Source of the DNA: Macrostomum hystrix
Taxonomy: Eukaryota > Animalia > Platyhelminthes
Length of the DNA stretch: 64,000 nucleotides
Reading direction: 5' to 3'
NCBI GenBank assembly: GCA_950097015.1
Contig: CATNEN010000001.1
Coordinates: forward strand, 7,130,001-7,194,000
Position numbers and translations under genes: made by a program. Of the stretch, positions 1-13,100 are shown piece after piece. The notes below the pieces were generated by a model. It saw only the letters and a list, made by a program, of their open reading frames with translations, ran no database searches and was not told where the DNA came from. Each line of letters begins with the position of its first letter. The stretch's first letter is position 1.

Positions 1-1675
1 AAACTATCTCTCGCCGACTTCACTGACTAGTTCCGATTCTTTAGGGTGGGTTTTTCCCTACTTCTCTCTGTCTCTCTTTTTCTCTACTTAATCCTTTTTT
101 GGGAGTCCTACCGAGAGAGAGGATGGCTTAGAGACAGTGCAGAGCTTGGTGGTTGGTTGGCACTGTATTCGTTCCCAGACTGGCGATGGCCAGCTTTAGT
201 GCAAAAAAACTCTTTCGAAGAAAAATTGAGAGGGAGAAAGAGAGAGAGAAGTAAGAACTGAGCAGTCACTAACATGAGAAGAACTCAGCGAAGAGATAAG
301 AGCAGGGCAGAGAGACTTGGCTGTGTTGGCGGTCCGATTTGAGTCGAGCCACTGAGCACTGGTACGAAGCTCTCCGCCTCTGAGCACAACCCCCGCGTGC
401 TGAAAATACTGCCTCCCCAGCTCCGCCAAATGCCCTCGGTTGCTCCCACCACCTCAATCCCATCTCCCTAAACCCCTCCGCATCTCTTCTCTCCCCGCAA
501 ACCCTCCTGTGTGGCGGCTTTGCCTGCAATATGGGATCCGGTGTATTGGTTTGGGAGGCCTCACACCAAGGCCCCTAGTTTCAAGGAGGGAAGGAGAGAG
601 AGAGAGAGAAAGAGAAGGACAGAGAGAAAGAGACGAAAGTGAAAAGACTCCACGAGTACTATTGAAGGTTAGTGCGACCTGCCACCCAGTTTCTCTTTCT
701 ATCAGATTTTTCTCTCGTCCTTCCGAACGCATCAAAGTTGAATTTTCGGTAAAAAAAATAAAAAAAATGTGCACGAAACCTACTTTCGAAATTCTCAATA
801 CTTGAACGCTCAAAATACGAGTCGTACTATCAACTTTTTAATTTTATCTTGCTGTGTTAAAATCATATTTAGACAATTTTGATTGATTTAAATTCTTGGG
901 GGGAAATTCTCAAAACACACACGCAAGCTTAGCCTGCATGGTCATAAATTTAACCTTAGACGGGGTCGCATGCCACTCGTAGTTAGGCAGCATTATCCTG
1001 TGCACCCTGTAGGATTGAACGAATTTTTTTTCATTCTCCTATTCTTACTCTTATAAAAGCCCCATTTAATCCCTCATTGCATCCTCTTATTGAATAGAAC
1101 TTTACTTTCGCTTCTAGCCACATTTCCTGGAAACGTGTCCCTATATATAGAATTTACGCACGCATAAAACAGGGGCTTATTTTCTACACATTTCTTACCC
1201 ACACCCTTAGCAAAACGGACTGACTATCGGGATGAATAAGGCCGAATAGTACGTCCGAGCACGCTGCATTTTCAGAGTCTCTCAAAAACTCGCTATCTGC
1301 ATGCTTCCTATCCTAACTGTGCCATAATATGTATATCTATACATACTGGCTTATAGTATTATATGCCGGCGCTTCACTTTTTTGGGGTTTGCTGGTCATT
1401 TCCTTCGACGGCTCTCTCTTCCCCCTCTTCTCCCTCTCTCTCTCCCCGTCACTTCCCTATCAGTTTTCGCAGTCTCTCTCCTCCGCTCACTCCGACCTTA
1501 GCCCCCATCCCCACCCGGGAGATCCAGTTTTTCGTGTGCGCGGATCCGAAATTTCCAACCCGAATCCCTCGATCAGCTACCACCTCAGTCTCTCCGACTC
1601 TGAAGTCACTTTGAACCGCGACCGTGTGTGCGTCTGTCTGCGAGAGAGAGTGTGTGTGTGTGCGTTGCTACCGCA

Positions 1676-1676
<1 letters not shown>

Positions 1677-1712
<36 letters not shown>
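1677..1712. repeat. (CTG)n microsatellite with adjacent (GA)/(GT) runs
   Basis: About 12 perfect CTG units. Confidence 0.95.
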
Positions 1713-1713
<1 letters not shown>

Positions 1714-2395
1714 GGTGAAGGTGAAACAGAGTGCGCCCCTGGGATCGCTCTACGCGGTCATAATATCGGATTTGAAAGGGCTGTTCGACGCTGCGACTAT
1801 GAAATGGAATCGGGGGAGAGGGGAAAAGTTGGAGAGAGACAGATGTAGGAAGCTTCCAGTGGAGAGTGTTTCATACAGGTAAAACCTAGCCTAAGTTATA
1901 CATTTGTGCAACAGACACATGGACACACACAGAATGTGCATCATCCGAAACTACCTTTGCTTGGATTCAGTGAAATGGGAGGGATTGAAATAAGCATGTA
2001 GCTAGAAAAATGTTATCCCACCCAACTGCCAGAATCATTTGCGCTAGCTGGCACAGAAACTGTAACGGAAAACCGTTTTAGCTTTGCGAGGCCATGAAAA
2101 AGAGAAAGCTTAGTTTGTATGCTTTGTGGGAGGGCTTTTTCTATCATGTCAGAACCAGTCGGGAGGGGCTGAAATTTTGCGACTAAATTTGATCTACATG
2201 GTACCTACTTTGAGGAAAAAATGAAAGCAGATTTTTGCTATCATAATGTTACATTTTCTTGTTATTTGTCACAGTGGTGTCTGGAGGCAATGGGTGCAAG
2301 GTAAAAATGTCTGAAATTATCAATCATGAATGTAAAATCAAATTTTCACAGTCCAGCAAAAAATCTCATAGAAACTTTAAAAGGCCAATATTTCA

Positions 2396-2697
2396 CAAGG
2401 TCAATACTTCCCAAGGTCAATACTTCCCAAGGTCAATACTTCCCAAGGTCAATACTTCCCAAGGTCAATACTTCCCAAGGTCAATACTTCCCAAGGTCAA
2501 TACTTCCCAAGGTCAATACTTCCCAAGGTCAATACTTCCCAAGGTCAATACTTCCCAAGGTCAATACTTCCCAAGGTCAATACTTCCCAAGGTCGATACT
2601 TCCCAAGGTCAATACTTCCCAAGGTCAATACTTCCCAAGGTCAATACTTCCCAAGGTCAATACTTCCCAAGGTCAATATTTCCTAAGATCAATACTT
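2396..2697. repeat. 16-bp minisatellite (CAAGGTCAATACTTCC)n
   Basis: About 18 near-perfect copies. Confidence 0.95.
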
Positions 2698-3192
2698 TTC
2701 AAGAAAAGACTTTCTAAATTATTTCTTAAGGTCAACCCTTGCCAGAGTCGACTCATTTAACCCCACTCTAATCTATCAATCAGTTTATCTTCCATAGACA
2801 CAGTGAAGCCAGAAAATAATCTTTATAGCTGTGTGAATCGGAAAATTAATTTTCTTTCTTATCCCACCCGCTCACAAGCCTTCATCCGCAGTCGCTATCT
2901 GCACCAGTTTTTTCTTCATTTGAATTCATTTCCCTATTTCCCGAAGCTGAATAGAAAAACTAATATGCAAGTTCGTTCTCCCGATGCCAGTCTCATACAT
3001 TCGCGTGAACTTAATCATAGTCTCGCTGCGTCTCTGCAGTTTTGCCTCATCGAAAGAGAATCTAGATAATGAACTCATTATTTCTTCTGATTATTGGAAA
3101 TTGGCCAGCACTGCGTGAAACTATTGTCGCCTGTTTTTAGTTCACGCAACTATAAGTATACGTAGAGCATTATTTCGTTGGTCTGTTTAAAA

Positions 3193-3395
3193 GCAATGCA
3201 TGGCGCATCTGAAGGCTGTTCAGTTCATGGACTGGGGGGACGCCACACCCACCCTCAATTTCCCCAGCTGATGCTGGTACTCATTTAACAGCTGGGTGAA
3301 CTGAAGCAATGCAGAGTTAATTTTCTTGCTAATTGACACAAATTTCTCCAGAGGAGTCGGGAATCGAACCCCTGATCTTCAAATTATGAGTCCAG
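3193..3395 (-). mobile_element. SINE family A copy
   Basis: Reverse-complement B box (gggaatcgaacccc) and body matching the 6761 copy. Confidence 0.75.
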
Positions 3396-3424
3396 GCAAG
3401 CAAGGCAAGAAAGACAGACATAAA

Positions 3425-3685
3425 ACAACAAGACCTGCAGCCAGCCGACTCCTGTGCACACACGCACTCAGATACCGTGCGCAGGCACACTCTCACACAG
3501 GTGTGTACATCTGCCCTGACTTTCTCAATGTCATGCAGTGTACACTCTCGGAGTTGGCCTTTAAGTGCGTAAAATTGCACGACAAGCCCCCAAGCTCCAA
3601 ACGAATGCGGCCTCGCCGCGGAGTCGAGCTCAGGTACCTAGGTGCGAGAGGCAAACGCGTTAGACCGCTCTGCCACTCGCCGCCA
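3425..3685 (-). mobile_element. tRNA-derived SINE family B copy
   Basis: Reverse complement of the head GTGGCAGAGCGG..GCCTCTCGC..GAGCTCGA(C/T)TCC and of the body shared with other copies. Confidence 0.75.
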
Positions 3686-3717
3686 TGAAGGCTAGCTGAT
3701 TAGTTGTGATTTCTAAG

Positions 3718-4151
3718 AATACGAGCTCACACCGACAATCGCCAGGGTTATCAAATGCATCGGCTGCACCCACGGCTGCATGGACTCTTACACCGGCTCA
3801 GAGGCCGACATTGTCCGCGCCCAAATTCACGCCTGCCTTGGCAAACTGAAGCAGTACAATCCGGGCGCATTTCGCTCCTACCTCGAGCAACTGGTGGCTG
3901 GCAACTCAATGCAGGAGCTGGTTGACATTCTTCACGCATTCACCGGCTTCTGCATGGATCCGGCGGTGCACACTTCGCCAAAGCCTAGCGCTAATCACGA
4001 GCAGAAGAATTCCTACGGTACAAACTTCGGACAGGTGGCCGACGGTGAAGGCACCAGAGGCAGCGAAGGCATCGTCATTGCTAATCTGCTCCGTCCGCTT
4101 CTAGCCAAGTTTGTTGAGCATAGAAAGGAGCTGGCCTCCCAGGAGAATATG
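3718..4151 (+). CDS. unc-80: unc-80 exon (first visible in window)
   Basis: ttctaag|AA acceptor, ATG|gtgagt donor; VIKCIGCTHGC...LHAFTGFCMDP...LASQENM. Confidence 0.88.
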
Positions 4152-7100
4152 GTGAGTGACTGCAACTTGTGTGGTAGCCTGAACCCAACAAAAGCTAACT
4201 AGGGATCGCAACTAACCCCCGTATTGCTTTCCCACCCCCTAGATGCTAACCTAGGAACTCAGCCTACCATAGACTCAACCCAACATAAAATACGAGCTTT
4301 GCTCGTATGCTTTACGAACTAAATGTACTCTAGAATCTGCTCCAGGAACTAAACCTACCCTAGAATCTTCTCCAGGAACTAAACCTACCCTAGAATCTTC
4401 TCCAGGAACTAAACCTACCCTAGAATCTTCTCCAGGAACTAAACCTACCCTAGAATCTTCTCCAGGAACTAAACCTACCCTAGAATCTTCTCCAGAACTA
4501 AACCTACCCTAGAATCTTCTCCAGGAACTAAACCTACCCTAGAATCTGCTCCAGGAACTAAACCTACCCTAGAATCTGCTCCAGGAACTAAACCTACCCT
4601 AGAATCTTCTCCAGAACTAAACCTACCCTAGAATCTTCTCCAGGAACTAAACCTACCCTAGAATCTGCTCCAGGAACTAAACCTACCCTAGAATCTTCTC
4701 CAGAACTAAACCTACTCTAGAACCTGCTCTAGGAACTAAACCTACCCTAGAATCTGCTCCAGGAACTAAACCTACCCTAGAATCTTCTCCAGGAACTAAA
4801 CCTACCCTAGAATCTGCTCCAGGAACTAAACCTACCCTAGAATCTGCTCCAGGAACTAAACCTACCCTAGAATCTTCTCCAGAACTAAACCTACCCTAGA
4901 ATCTTCTCCAGGAACTAAACCTACCCTAGAATCTGCTCCAGGAACTAAACCTACCCTAGAATCTTCTCCAGAACTAAACCTACTCTAGAACCTGCTCTAG
5001 GAACTAAACCTACCCTAGAATCTGCTCCAGGAACTAAACCTACCCTAGAATCTGCTCCAGGAACTAAACCTACCCTAGAATCTGTTCCAGGAACTAAACC
5101 TACCCTAGAATCTGTTCCAGGAACTAAAACTACCCAAGGATCTGCTCCAGAAACTAAACCTACCCAAGAATTCGTCATTTTTCTGATGGTTTATTCCGAC
5201 AATACCGTCTTTTAGTATTCGTATAACCTCGCACGATACTTCCCGAATCACGATATACTTTAAAAGACGTACTAAATAAAATTGAACTGAAAATATAAAC
5301 AAAAATGTCTGATTAAACCCATCCAGCCGCTCTACTCCGACGTTCGAAACCTATTAAACTACCTACGAGAGGTGCACGGCTGCACATTTCGTCGTACTCT
5401 ACTAACTGGCCTATTGGACTGCATCCAGCGACGTCGCAGAATCAGACGCGACTCCGGGGCAGCTGGTGGTGGCGGCGGCGGCGCCGGTGTCAACGGTGAC
5501 AGGCCGTCGCGAGTATCAGTTGCCAGCGACAACTCAGACGGAGGCGAAACTGCGGCAACCAAATCGCCAACCTCCAGAGCGCCCAGCGTCACCAGCGAAA
5601 GCCACCGGGCGGCCGCGGCGCAGAGGGCTTTACGCGGCGGCGGCGGCGTCGGCAGGTGCGATCGCAGAAGTCTATCCCCGTTCTTCGCAGCCGCCACTAG
5701 CGACAGCGAAGGAGGCGCTGGAGGCGGTGCCGCCAACGATCGTCTGGGCTCGCCCGGCAGCTCGGATGCCGAGGAGTCGCCGTGCAGGCGCCGAGGTGGC
5801 AGCGGAGGGGCCGCTCCACCGCAGGCCCGTAGGCGAGGCTTCAAATCCGACACAGACGACGATTCTGATAAGCAAAATCAGGTGCGAAAATTTGCGTTTC
5901 TTATGTCCACTGTATGCTCATTTTGAAATTCACCGTCTCTAAATTTGTTTGCTCTCTCTGCAGCGCAAGAAGATGAGCTTCCGGGCAGCCGGCCAGGCCA
6001 CGTTGAACTTTCTCTCGGCCAAGAAGCGCCTAGAAGAGACCATTCGCGATCGAGTTCGCCGGTCGATGCTAAAACGCGAGCGCAGCTTCGATGAGTTGCC
6101 GCCGGGCGTGCTGTCCGCTGACGCTTCTCTGCAGTCGGCCGGAGCGGCCGGCGGCGTTGGCGGTGGCGGTGGCGCTTCAGCGATGCGACAGCGTCGCCTG
6201 ATCAATTGCCAGTCGCTGCGCGGCGGCATGTCGCTGTTTCGCTTCCTATTGGACTCGTGTCATCCTGGCGTTGTGCCGGAGCCTCAGCTGGTGGCGGCGA
6301 TGCTGGATCTGGAAGCGCCGGTGGTTGCTAGGGCCTGCGTCCTGCTCGAGTGTGCTCACTTTGTGCACCGTTGCGGCAAAGGCGACTGGCCGGCTTGGAT
6401 GCGCTCCTGGGGACCGGGCTGCAAGCCTAAGCGCACGATGGCGATGCAACGCATGGCCGGGCACTTGTTTCACGCCTGGGCTGAGACCCTGGGCAGTAGG
6501 CTTGAGTACTTTCTCAAAATTGAGGTGGCCACAGATCGATTCGGCTCAGTACAGGAGGTGCAAGACGAGGCTAGACGGAGAGCATTGCAACGAGAGGACG
6601 AAATGGAGAACTTCTTAGTTGACTGTGAGTTGCAATCGCTGCTGTACTGTAGATAACTGTACTGTACTGTAGACTAACGATCGAGGCTTGTTTCGAGCAA
6701 TTTTCGTTTTGTATCTTTGCTGGGCTGGTAATGCCACGACTTTAAATCTAAGATACATAAGAGGCGTTGTAGCCTAGTGGTTAGAGAGTCTGACTAACGA
6801 CTTAAAGGTCGGGGGTTCGATTCCCGACTCCACTAAAAAACAATTTTTGTCCTTAAGCAAAAAACATAACTCTGAGTTGCTTCCCTGTACCCAGCTGTTT
6901 AATTTAGTACCAGCATCAGCTGGGGAAATTTAGGGTTGGTTTGGCGTCCCACCAGTCCATGGACTGAACAGCCGTACGCAGCCTTCAGATGCGCCGCGCA
7001 ATTGCTGCGGCTGTACTGTCGACTGCACAGCCCATGGACTCGAAAAATAGCAACCATTTCACCCTCAGCTACCGTTAACGAGGCCGGAGACGCGTGTCCC

Positions 7101-10100
7101 CACGCTCTGAAAGCGGTGGCCGTCACGCTGCTGCTAGAGATCACTCGCTTCCTACGCGACGTCTTTCCAAATCTTCCGAAGCCAAAGTCGGTCTCGTCGA
7201 CACGCGGAGGTCGCGTTGGCGCCGGCGGCGGCATCTGGGAGAAGCTGCCAGTGGCCAGTAGTCCGATTTCCGACGAACCGCCATCGTCTGTTGGGTCCAA
7301 TGTGCAGGACTATGCCGGTGAAGGTAAGCTTTGATGCTGCTAAATTTTATTCTCGTATTTCGGGTTGATCTCCAATGGCAATTCGAATATTTCTCACAGA
7401 CCCACCGTCGATGCCGCATCCGCCAGTTGGTGGTCATCAGGCTGCTGGTCACACTGTCAGCAGTGCCGCAGGCGCCGTGGGAGTTGGAGTCGATCGCCGT
7501 CGGATCAGTTTCGCGGTGCCGCCGACAGCGGCAGCTGCTGCGGCAGCGGCGGCAGCTGCTGGGACTAGCTCGCACCAGAACGCCGGTCACGAATCGCACA
7601 GTCCCACGCACAGCAGCGTCACCAGTTTGGACAACATTGAAGATAGTCAGCATCTTATATCGCCTAGCGCGCCAGATAGGCGAGGTAAGTTCTAGATTGT
7701 TGCGAATTCGTTAAACTGGTTACCGGAAGGTGCGCGGTGTCTGGCTATTAAAATGATCCTAGCAATAGTAAAAATATCCTTTCCGATTATTGTCTGTCGG
7801 TATTTTAAATTGCCATATTTCTATAACCTAACCATGCAATTATATTAGCTTTCTGACTTAGCAATCGTGATAAAAAACGGTTTAGAAGTTTTTGAAAGCC
7901 GTTTCTAAGCGTGTAGGCAAAAGCATGACTGACATCAATGCCTAAACCAGTTTGACAATGTTTCTGTTTGCTTCAATTAATAATCTATTAACACGGAGAA
8001 GCAGGTCAATAAAAGCCTCTTGCACGCGTCGTGTGACTCCTAGTTGCTAATTCTTTATTTCTGTCCAGTCAAACAGGAAAAGGCGATAGGATTCAGCAAG
8101 TTAATCTTACGCCAATTTACGCAGTTACTCCATTTTTGTTAATCCTCTGACTGAGTTTCCAGTTAATGGTCTCACGCCCTGATTTTATTTTAGAATTCTA
8201 AAGATATGATTTGTGTGCAAGTCCTAGCAGCTTAATGAAGACGTGTGCAAGACGGCTTTAATTAACCTGCTTATTGCCTGTGCAATTGTCTTTTGTTTTA
8301 TCTATTAGCACCTATCCAATTGAGGGTGAACTTTTAATAGCTTTTAATGCTTAGATTCGTGAGCGTTTAACGCGTCGGCCTTTCCTATACTAAGGTCCCT
8401 GAGCTCGAATCCACGGCGAGGCCACATTAATTGGGGCGCAGCAGCGGAGAGAAAGCTTGGGGTCTTGTTGTGCAATTTAAGCCCTTGAGGGCCAACCCTA
8501 AAGACGCAGTAAGTGTGAACACTGCCTGACAATGAAAAAGAAAATCGACACCGTTTGCCCGGGTCTAATTTAAACTGAAAACTTGTTTGTGACATCTCTG
8601 TAGACGAGACTCTATAGACTCTGTAGACTGCTTGCAGTCTGTACAGTTACTTCTTGCCTTGAACCCCTGAATACAACCCAAGCGCGCTGTCACTGACCTA
8701 CAACGACCTAGCTTGCAAGAATATATATTTATCAACGTTTTTTTATCGTGATGTTTATAAGTAGTTGCGTCGAAAAGTATTTGCTGATAATAAAAAGACA
8801 CAAAATAGACGGCAATAAAAGATGTGGATCCAACAACTACAACAATTGATCACACGTGCGCGTGCAGGCCTACACAATCTAGTACCAACTGGTCTGGTCA
8901 ACCTAGCCCTGCTAGCCACAGGTAGAACCGGCGGCAGCGGTGGCGGCCCTGGCGGCAGCTGCGCTAGTCCCCTAATCGGGATCAGCGGCAGATCCCTGTC
9001 CGCTCAATCCAGGCCACTTTTATCCCCAACTGGCGCTTCTGGCGCCTGCAGCCAGCCGCAGCATCAGTTGTCTGTACAGTCTGACTTGAGTCCGGGCGAG
9101 TGCTCTTCAGCGGCCGGCATGTTGGCTAGCACGCCAAGATTCTGGTTCTGGCACACCGCCGGCGGAGGGGCATTCAGGCCGCCCCTATCTAGGGATGCCA
9201 GTTCTAGCACAGCTCGCAGCGAAGATTCGGGTAAAGATATCCCCTAAATAGGATGCGGTTAGACAAGTGGGTATAGGATTTGACACACCCCACTCCGGAT
9301 GCCCAGTTGGAATACTTTCGTAAGAAATCAAAGCGTTTTCTGTGAACAAGGCCTTCCTCCGCTTCAATTTTTTTCTAAATTAAACTTTATTAAAAGCGTG
9401 CATTTCTTTCTCAGTCTATTATCAGATCGAGTGAAGTTCATAAATAGAAAATACCCTGCGAAAGCTTCCTAACAAACGCTTTTCTATGTCTTGATTTTTC
9501 TATCTGAATAAATTCTTTCGCTGCCAGTAATAATTTTTCGTTGCACAGCACAGGGTGAATTGCGTCCGCGTGTTTCCGCAAACCAACCAAAAACGACCAA
9601 CTGAAGTGAATGTCAAAAAATTCAGCTTTCTTAATGTTTCTCCTCCTCCTGACTAAAATAATTACCGATAAACAAGCCAAGTACCGATGCTTTGAATAAG
9701 AAAAATAAATTCACACGCATTGATAAAACTATAGTCAAAAATAGTAAAAAACAGCACATAATGAGCTATTTATAACTGAATCGAATCAGTTCGCGATGCA
9801 CAAAGCGCATATCTGTCAATTATGTAATACTAAGAGCACATAAAAATGGTCTCTGTACAAACTACAGACTCCGTATGTGCTTCTCTCAATGTACGTGCGT
9901 GTGCGTGGAATTATCCTAGAGATTTGCAAACTGATTGACGTGCTGATTGTGTAACCGCTTCTTTCTATGTCTCGCTGAGAAGTCTTTTTTCGTATTTACC
10001 CTCAACGGATGATCATGCGTGCACTTCTATAAGCGCTTTTAAATATTTACATTTTCTATGCATTAATCTTTTCAATACAAGACTATCTGGAAATTTATTT

Positions 10101-13100
10101 GCACAAAAGCATACTCTCGAAAATATTTGCTATTGTAATTGTTTTTGAAATTTGTAGTAAGTACTTAACGCACCCATTGGTACTACTGACGGTGAGAAGT
10201 AGTGTTAAATGGAAAGCACAACTTTTTTACGTCACAGTTTTAAAACAAAAAACCGCGCGCGCTTGTAAAATGTATTTACATATATATACGAGTATATTTA
10301 ATTCAATTGTTTTTCTGGTGAACATGAGATCTGTAAATCACTTTGTCCTTTTTCTTTTTCTCTCTTGTTTCACAACAGGTAGCCGGAAATTTAGCGAAGT
10401 CGGAGAACGTAAGATGCGCGAAGTTTCATGATTAAGCCCTGTTTATTTAAAACTCGATACAAGATAATCAATGTCTCTCCTGAAAACATCTTTAAATCAA
10501 ACCTTCTTACCGAAAAATCCTTAACTAATTTGCTTATTCGATAGCCTGAACGGTACTATATTAAGTACAATTGTCATAGCCAACTAATAAATTTATGTAT
10601 TATGAAATGCATGCCAGCGAGGTAGTTAAATATTGTTTGCTATAAAACAATTTTAGAAATATATTAGGCTGCATACAGCCTAATTATTTTATGCTTAACG
10701 TTAGGAAAATTATATTTGCTCTTTACTTCAACGTTTAATAGCAAGCATTATTAACAAAAACTATCATAAAAAATGCAAGTAGTTTCAATATTATCGTTAT
10801 TTATGATTTATAAAAATCGATCATTCATATTTATTATATGCTTACTCTGGTATTTCAACGTTTACTCCATAATAGAAAAAAGTGAACAGAAAACAAATAT
10901 TAATTATTCGTCTCTTTAAAAAAATAAGAATCAAAGCCACTTGAAAACTGTATAAATATTACTCAATTTTTTAAAAATTGAACAAAAACGATTGAATGAT
11001 ATGTAAGATCTGCGATAAAGTTCTATTCTTCATTATATTCATGATTAGAATAAATCTTTCTTGTTTATTGTGAATGTGCGTTCTTAGAAACACTAGCAAA
11101 AATGTCTGAATCTGTTGCATTGTGTATTGTTTGGCAAATTTCTTGTCCTACAGTGCATTTTGCACACTTAGAACATGCATTGTGTAGCAATTAATTCTGT
11201 TTCTTCTTCTGTTTCGAAGTCTATGTCCTACTCAATTTTTTGTTCTAGTTTTATGTGGTGTTCTGTTCACGTTGAATGAAGACGGTCTTAGCAGTTCATT
11301 AATGAGGCATGAAGCATTAATTAGCTAACTCGTTGAATTATGGCATGCAAATGCAATAATTATAAGTAGCTGTTTTGTTATATTTTATTGCATTGAAGTA
11401 GAAATTTCACGGCTTATAACAAGAACAATACCTACTTCGGACTCTGCTCTCGGCCGTCAGAGAGCTGTCCAGCAGAGATGCCCGAAGCCAATCACACAGG
11501 TAGTGTTGCTCAGTTGCATCAACAGCAACAGCAGCAGCTGCAGCAACAGCAGCAGCCGCAGCTGCAGATGTCGTCGCAGCCAGCACAGTCGTGTCAGTTA
11601 GGCACCGATCAGTTGGAGGTGTACAGCTCTAGGGAGAGAATCTACACCAGTAATAATTAATTACCGTGCTGTGACACTAATTTGCATCGTGATTTTTCAT
11701 ATATTTATTTCCCCGAAAAATTAATTTCCCTCTGACAGAGGTCTAGTACTTCTATAATAAACGTATTAGATTGAAGATTTATGTTTGAATGCCTAGTTTG
11801 TTTTGCTTTTTATGATTATTTACTAGTTCATACTAACAAAGCAGTGCTAGAATTTTTCATTTCCATAACAAAGGACGCTGAAATTGACCCTAGCTAGAAT
11901 TATTTTAATCTCAAATCTCCATTAGAAGTTTTACTAACCAAATCTCACAACATAAAATATTTTCTCGGTCTCTGATTCGCAAAATAAGTGCAAATAAAAA
12001 ATTCGAAAACTTGTTCGTTTTTGTCCCAAAATATTTAAGCTGCAGTTTGCCCGTTCAAGTTTTTAGTGTTTACTCTTCAGCCCACCAGCTCAAGCTCGTA
12101 CTCGTAAAATGGGGACTAATTTTCTCATATTTCACATTCTTAGTTCCGGCGAAACTACGCTCGTACTAGAAAATTACCGATAAAATGTATTGTACGTTGT
12201 TACTTTTAACGAAGAATAAGCCCGCAATTTGTTTTTATTTCTGTATTCTTTCAGCTGCTTGCCGGTCATCTAATGTGCAAACAGATAAAGAAATCTTATT
12301 TTCACCACATCGCTTGCAATTAAAATCATTCACAAGCATTGCTTTATTCTTTTCATAAACTTTATTTAATATAAGCTTTTTTTTACTAATTGCAATAGTA
12401 AAATATCAAGTCAAAGTACATTTTCAAAAAAGAAGAAACCACTTTCATTCAGTCGTACTGTATCAGTTTCCTCTTTTAACTCTTTCCCTCATTGCCAAGA
12501 AATTGGCTTTAGCATGCGAAAAATTCAGCAAAATTTTTTCAGAAACTTCCTTGTGTTAGTTAGGGTCAATAAAACTTACTTCCTTAATATTGAGGCAGAA
12601 AAACTGAAGAAACACATACCTTTTAAAGTACATAAAAGCTCCGCATGCTATTGTATCTCATTACTAAATTACGAGGTCCATAAGTTAGTAACGTAAATGA
12701 AGCAAAAAGTAAAAAAAAACAATAAACTTTTCACAGTGCGACGAATGCAGCCAAGTGTTCCCGGCAGCAAGAAGCTGCTCATGATGCGACGCACCTCGCG
12801 GGATAACACTGCGCCGATTTCTCGCGGCCAGCCCAGCCTGAGAAAGAAGCGCGATAGCAGTGAGTCACTAATTAAAACTTGACTTGCTTGTTCTTTCTAG
12901 TTTAACTTTAATTTCGTGGATTAATTACACAACTAACAATCTCAGGAGTGACGCAGAAGCTCCGTTAACTCAGCATACAATATTCTCCCATTTGAGCAGT
13001 TGCTCAGCTAGGTAGTTCGATTCGGCACGCAATAGGCAGCCTAAAGCAGCGCAAAGTGAGCACCATGTCCGGTGCCAGCGGAGAACAGCAGGCCGGCTAC

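Noticed and set aside
46-1882. Short ORFs in the first 2 kb (poly-L/C/A)
   Set aside because: Driven by GA/CT/CTG microsatellites; no recognisable domain; probably unc-80 intron or an unclassified repeat.
2259-2760. Repetitive ORFs (KVNTSQGQYFPRSILP)n; likewise 52789-53456, 59020-59346 and 60977-61423
   Set aside because: Stop-free translations of minisatellites, open in several frames, mostly inside introns; no coding evidence.
6761-6835. tRNA gene
   Set aside because: A/B boxes are present but the cloverleaf is imperfect and it continues into a multicopy SINE body.
5359-7714. Antisense and alternative-frame ORFs over GC-rich unc-80 exons (also over SLC26 and the retroelement)
   Set aside because: Shadow ORFs caused by high GC; the sense frame has recognisable homology.
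12946-12999. Upstream acceptor (ctcag|GA) for the 13000 exon
   Set aside because: Introduces an in-frame TAA at 12966-68.
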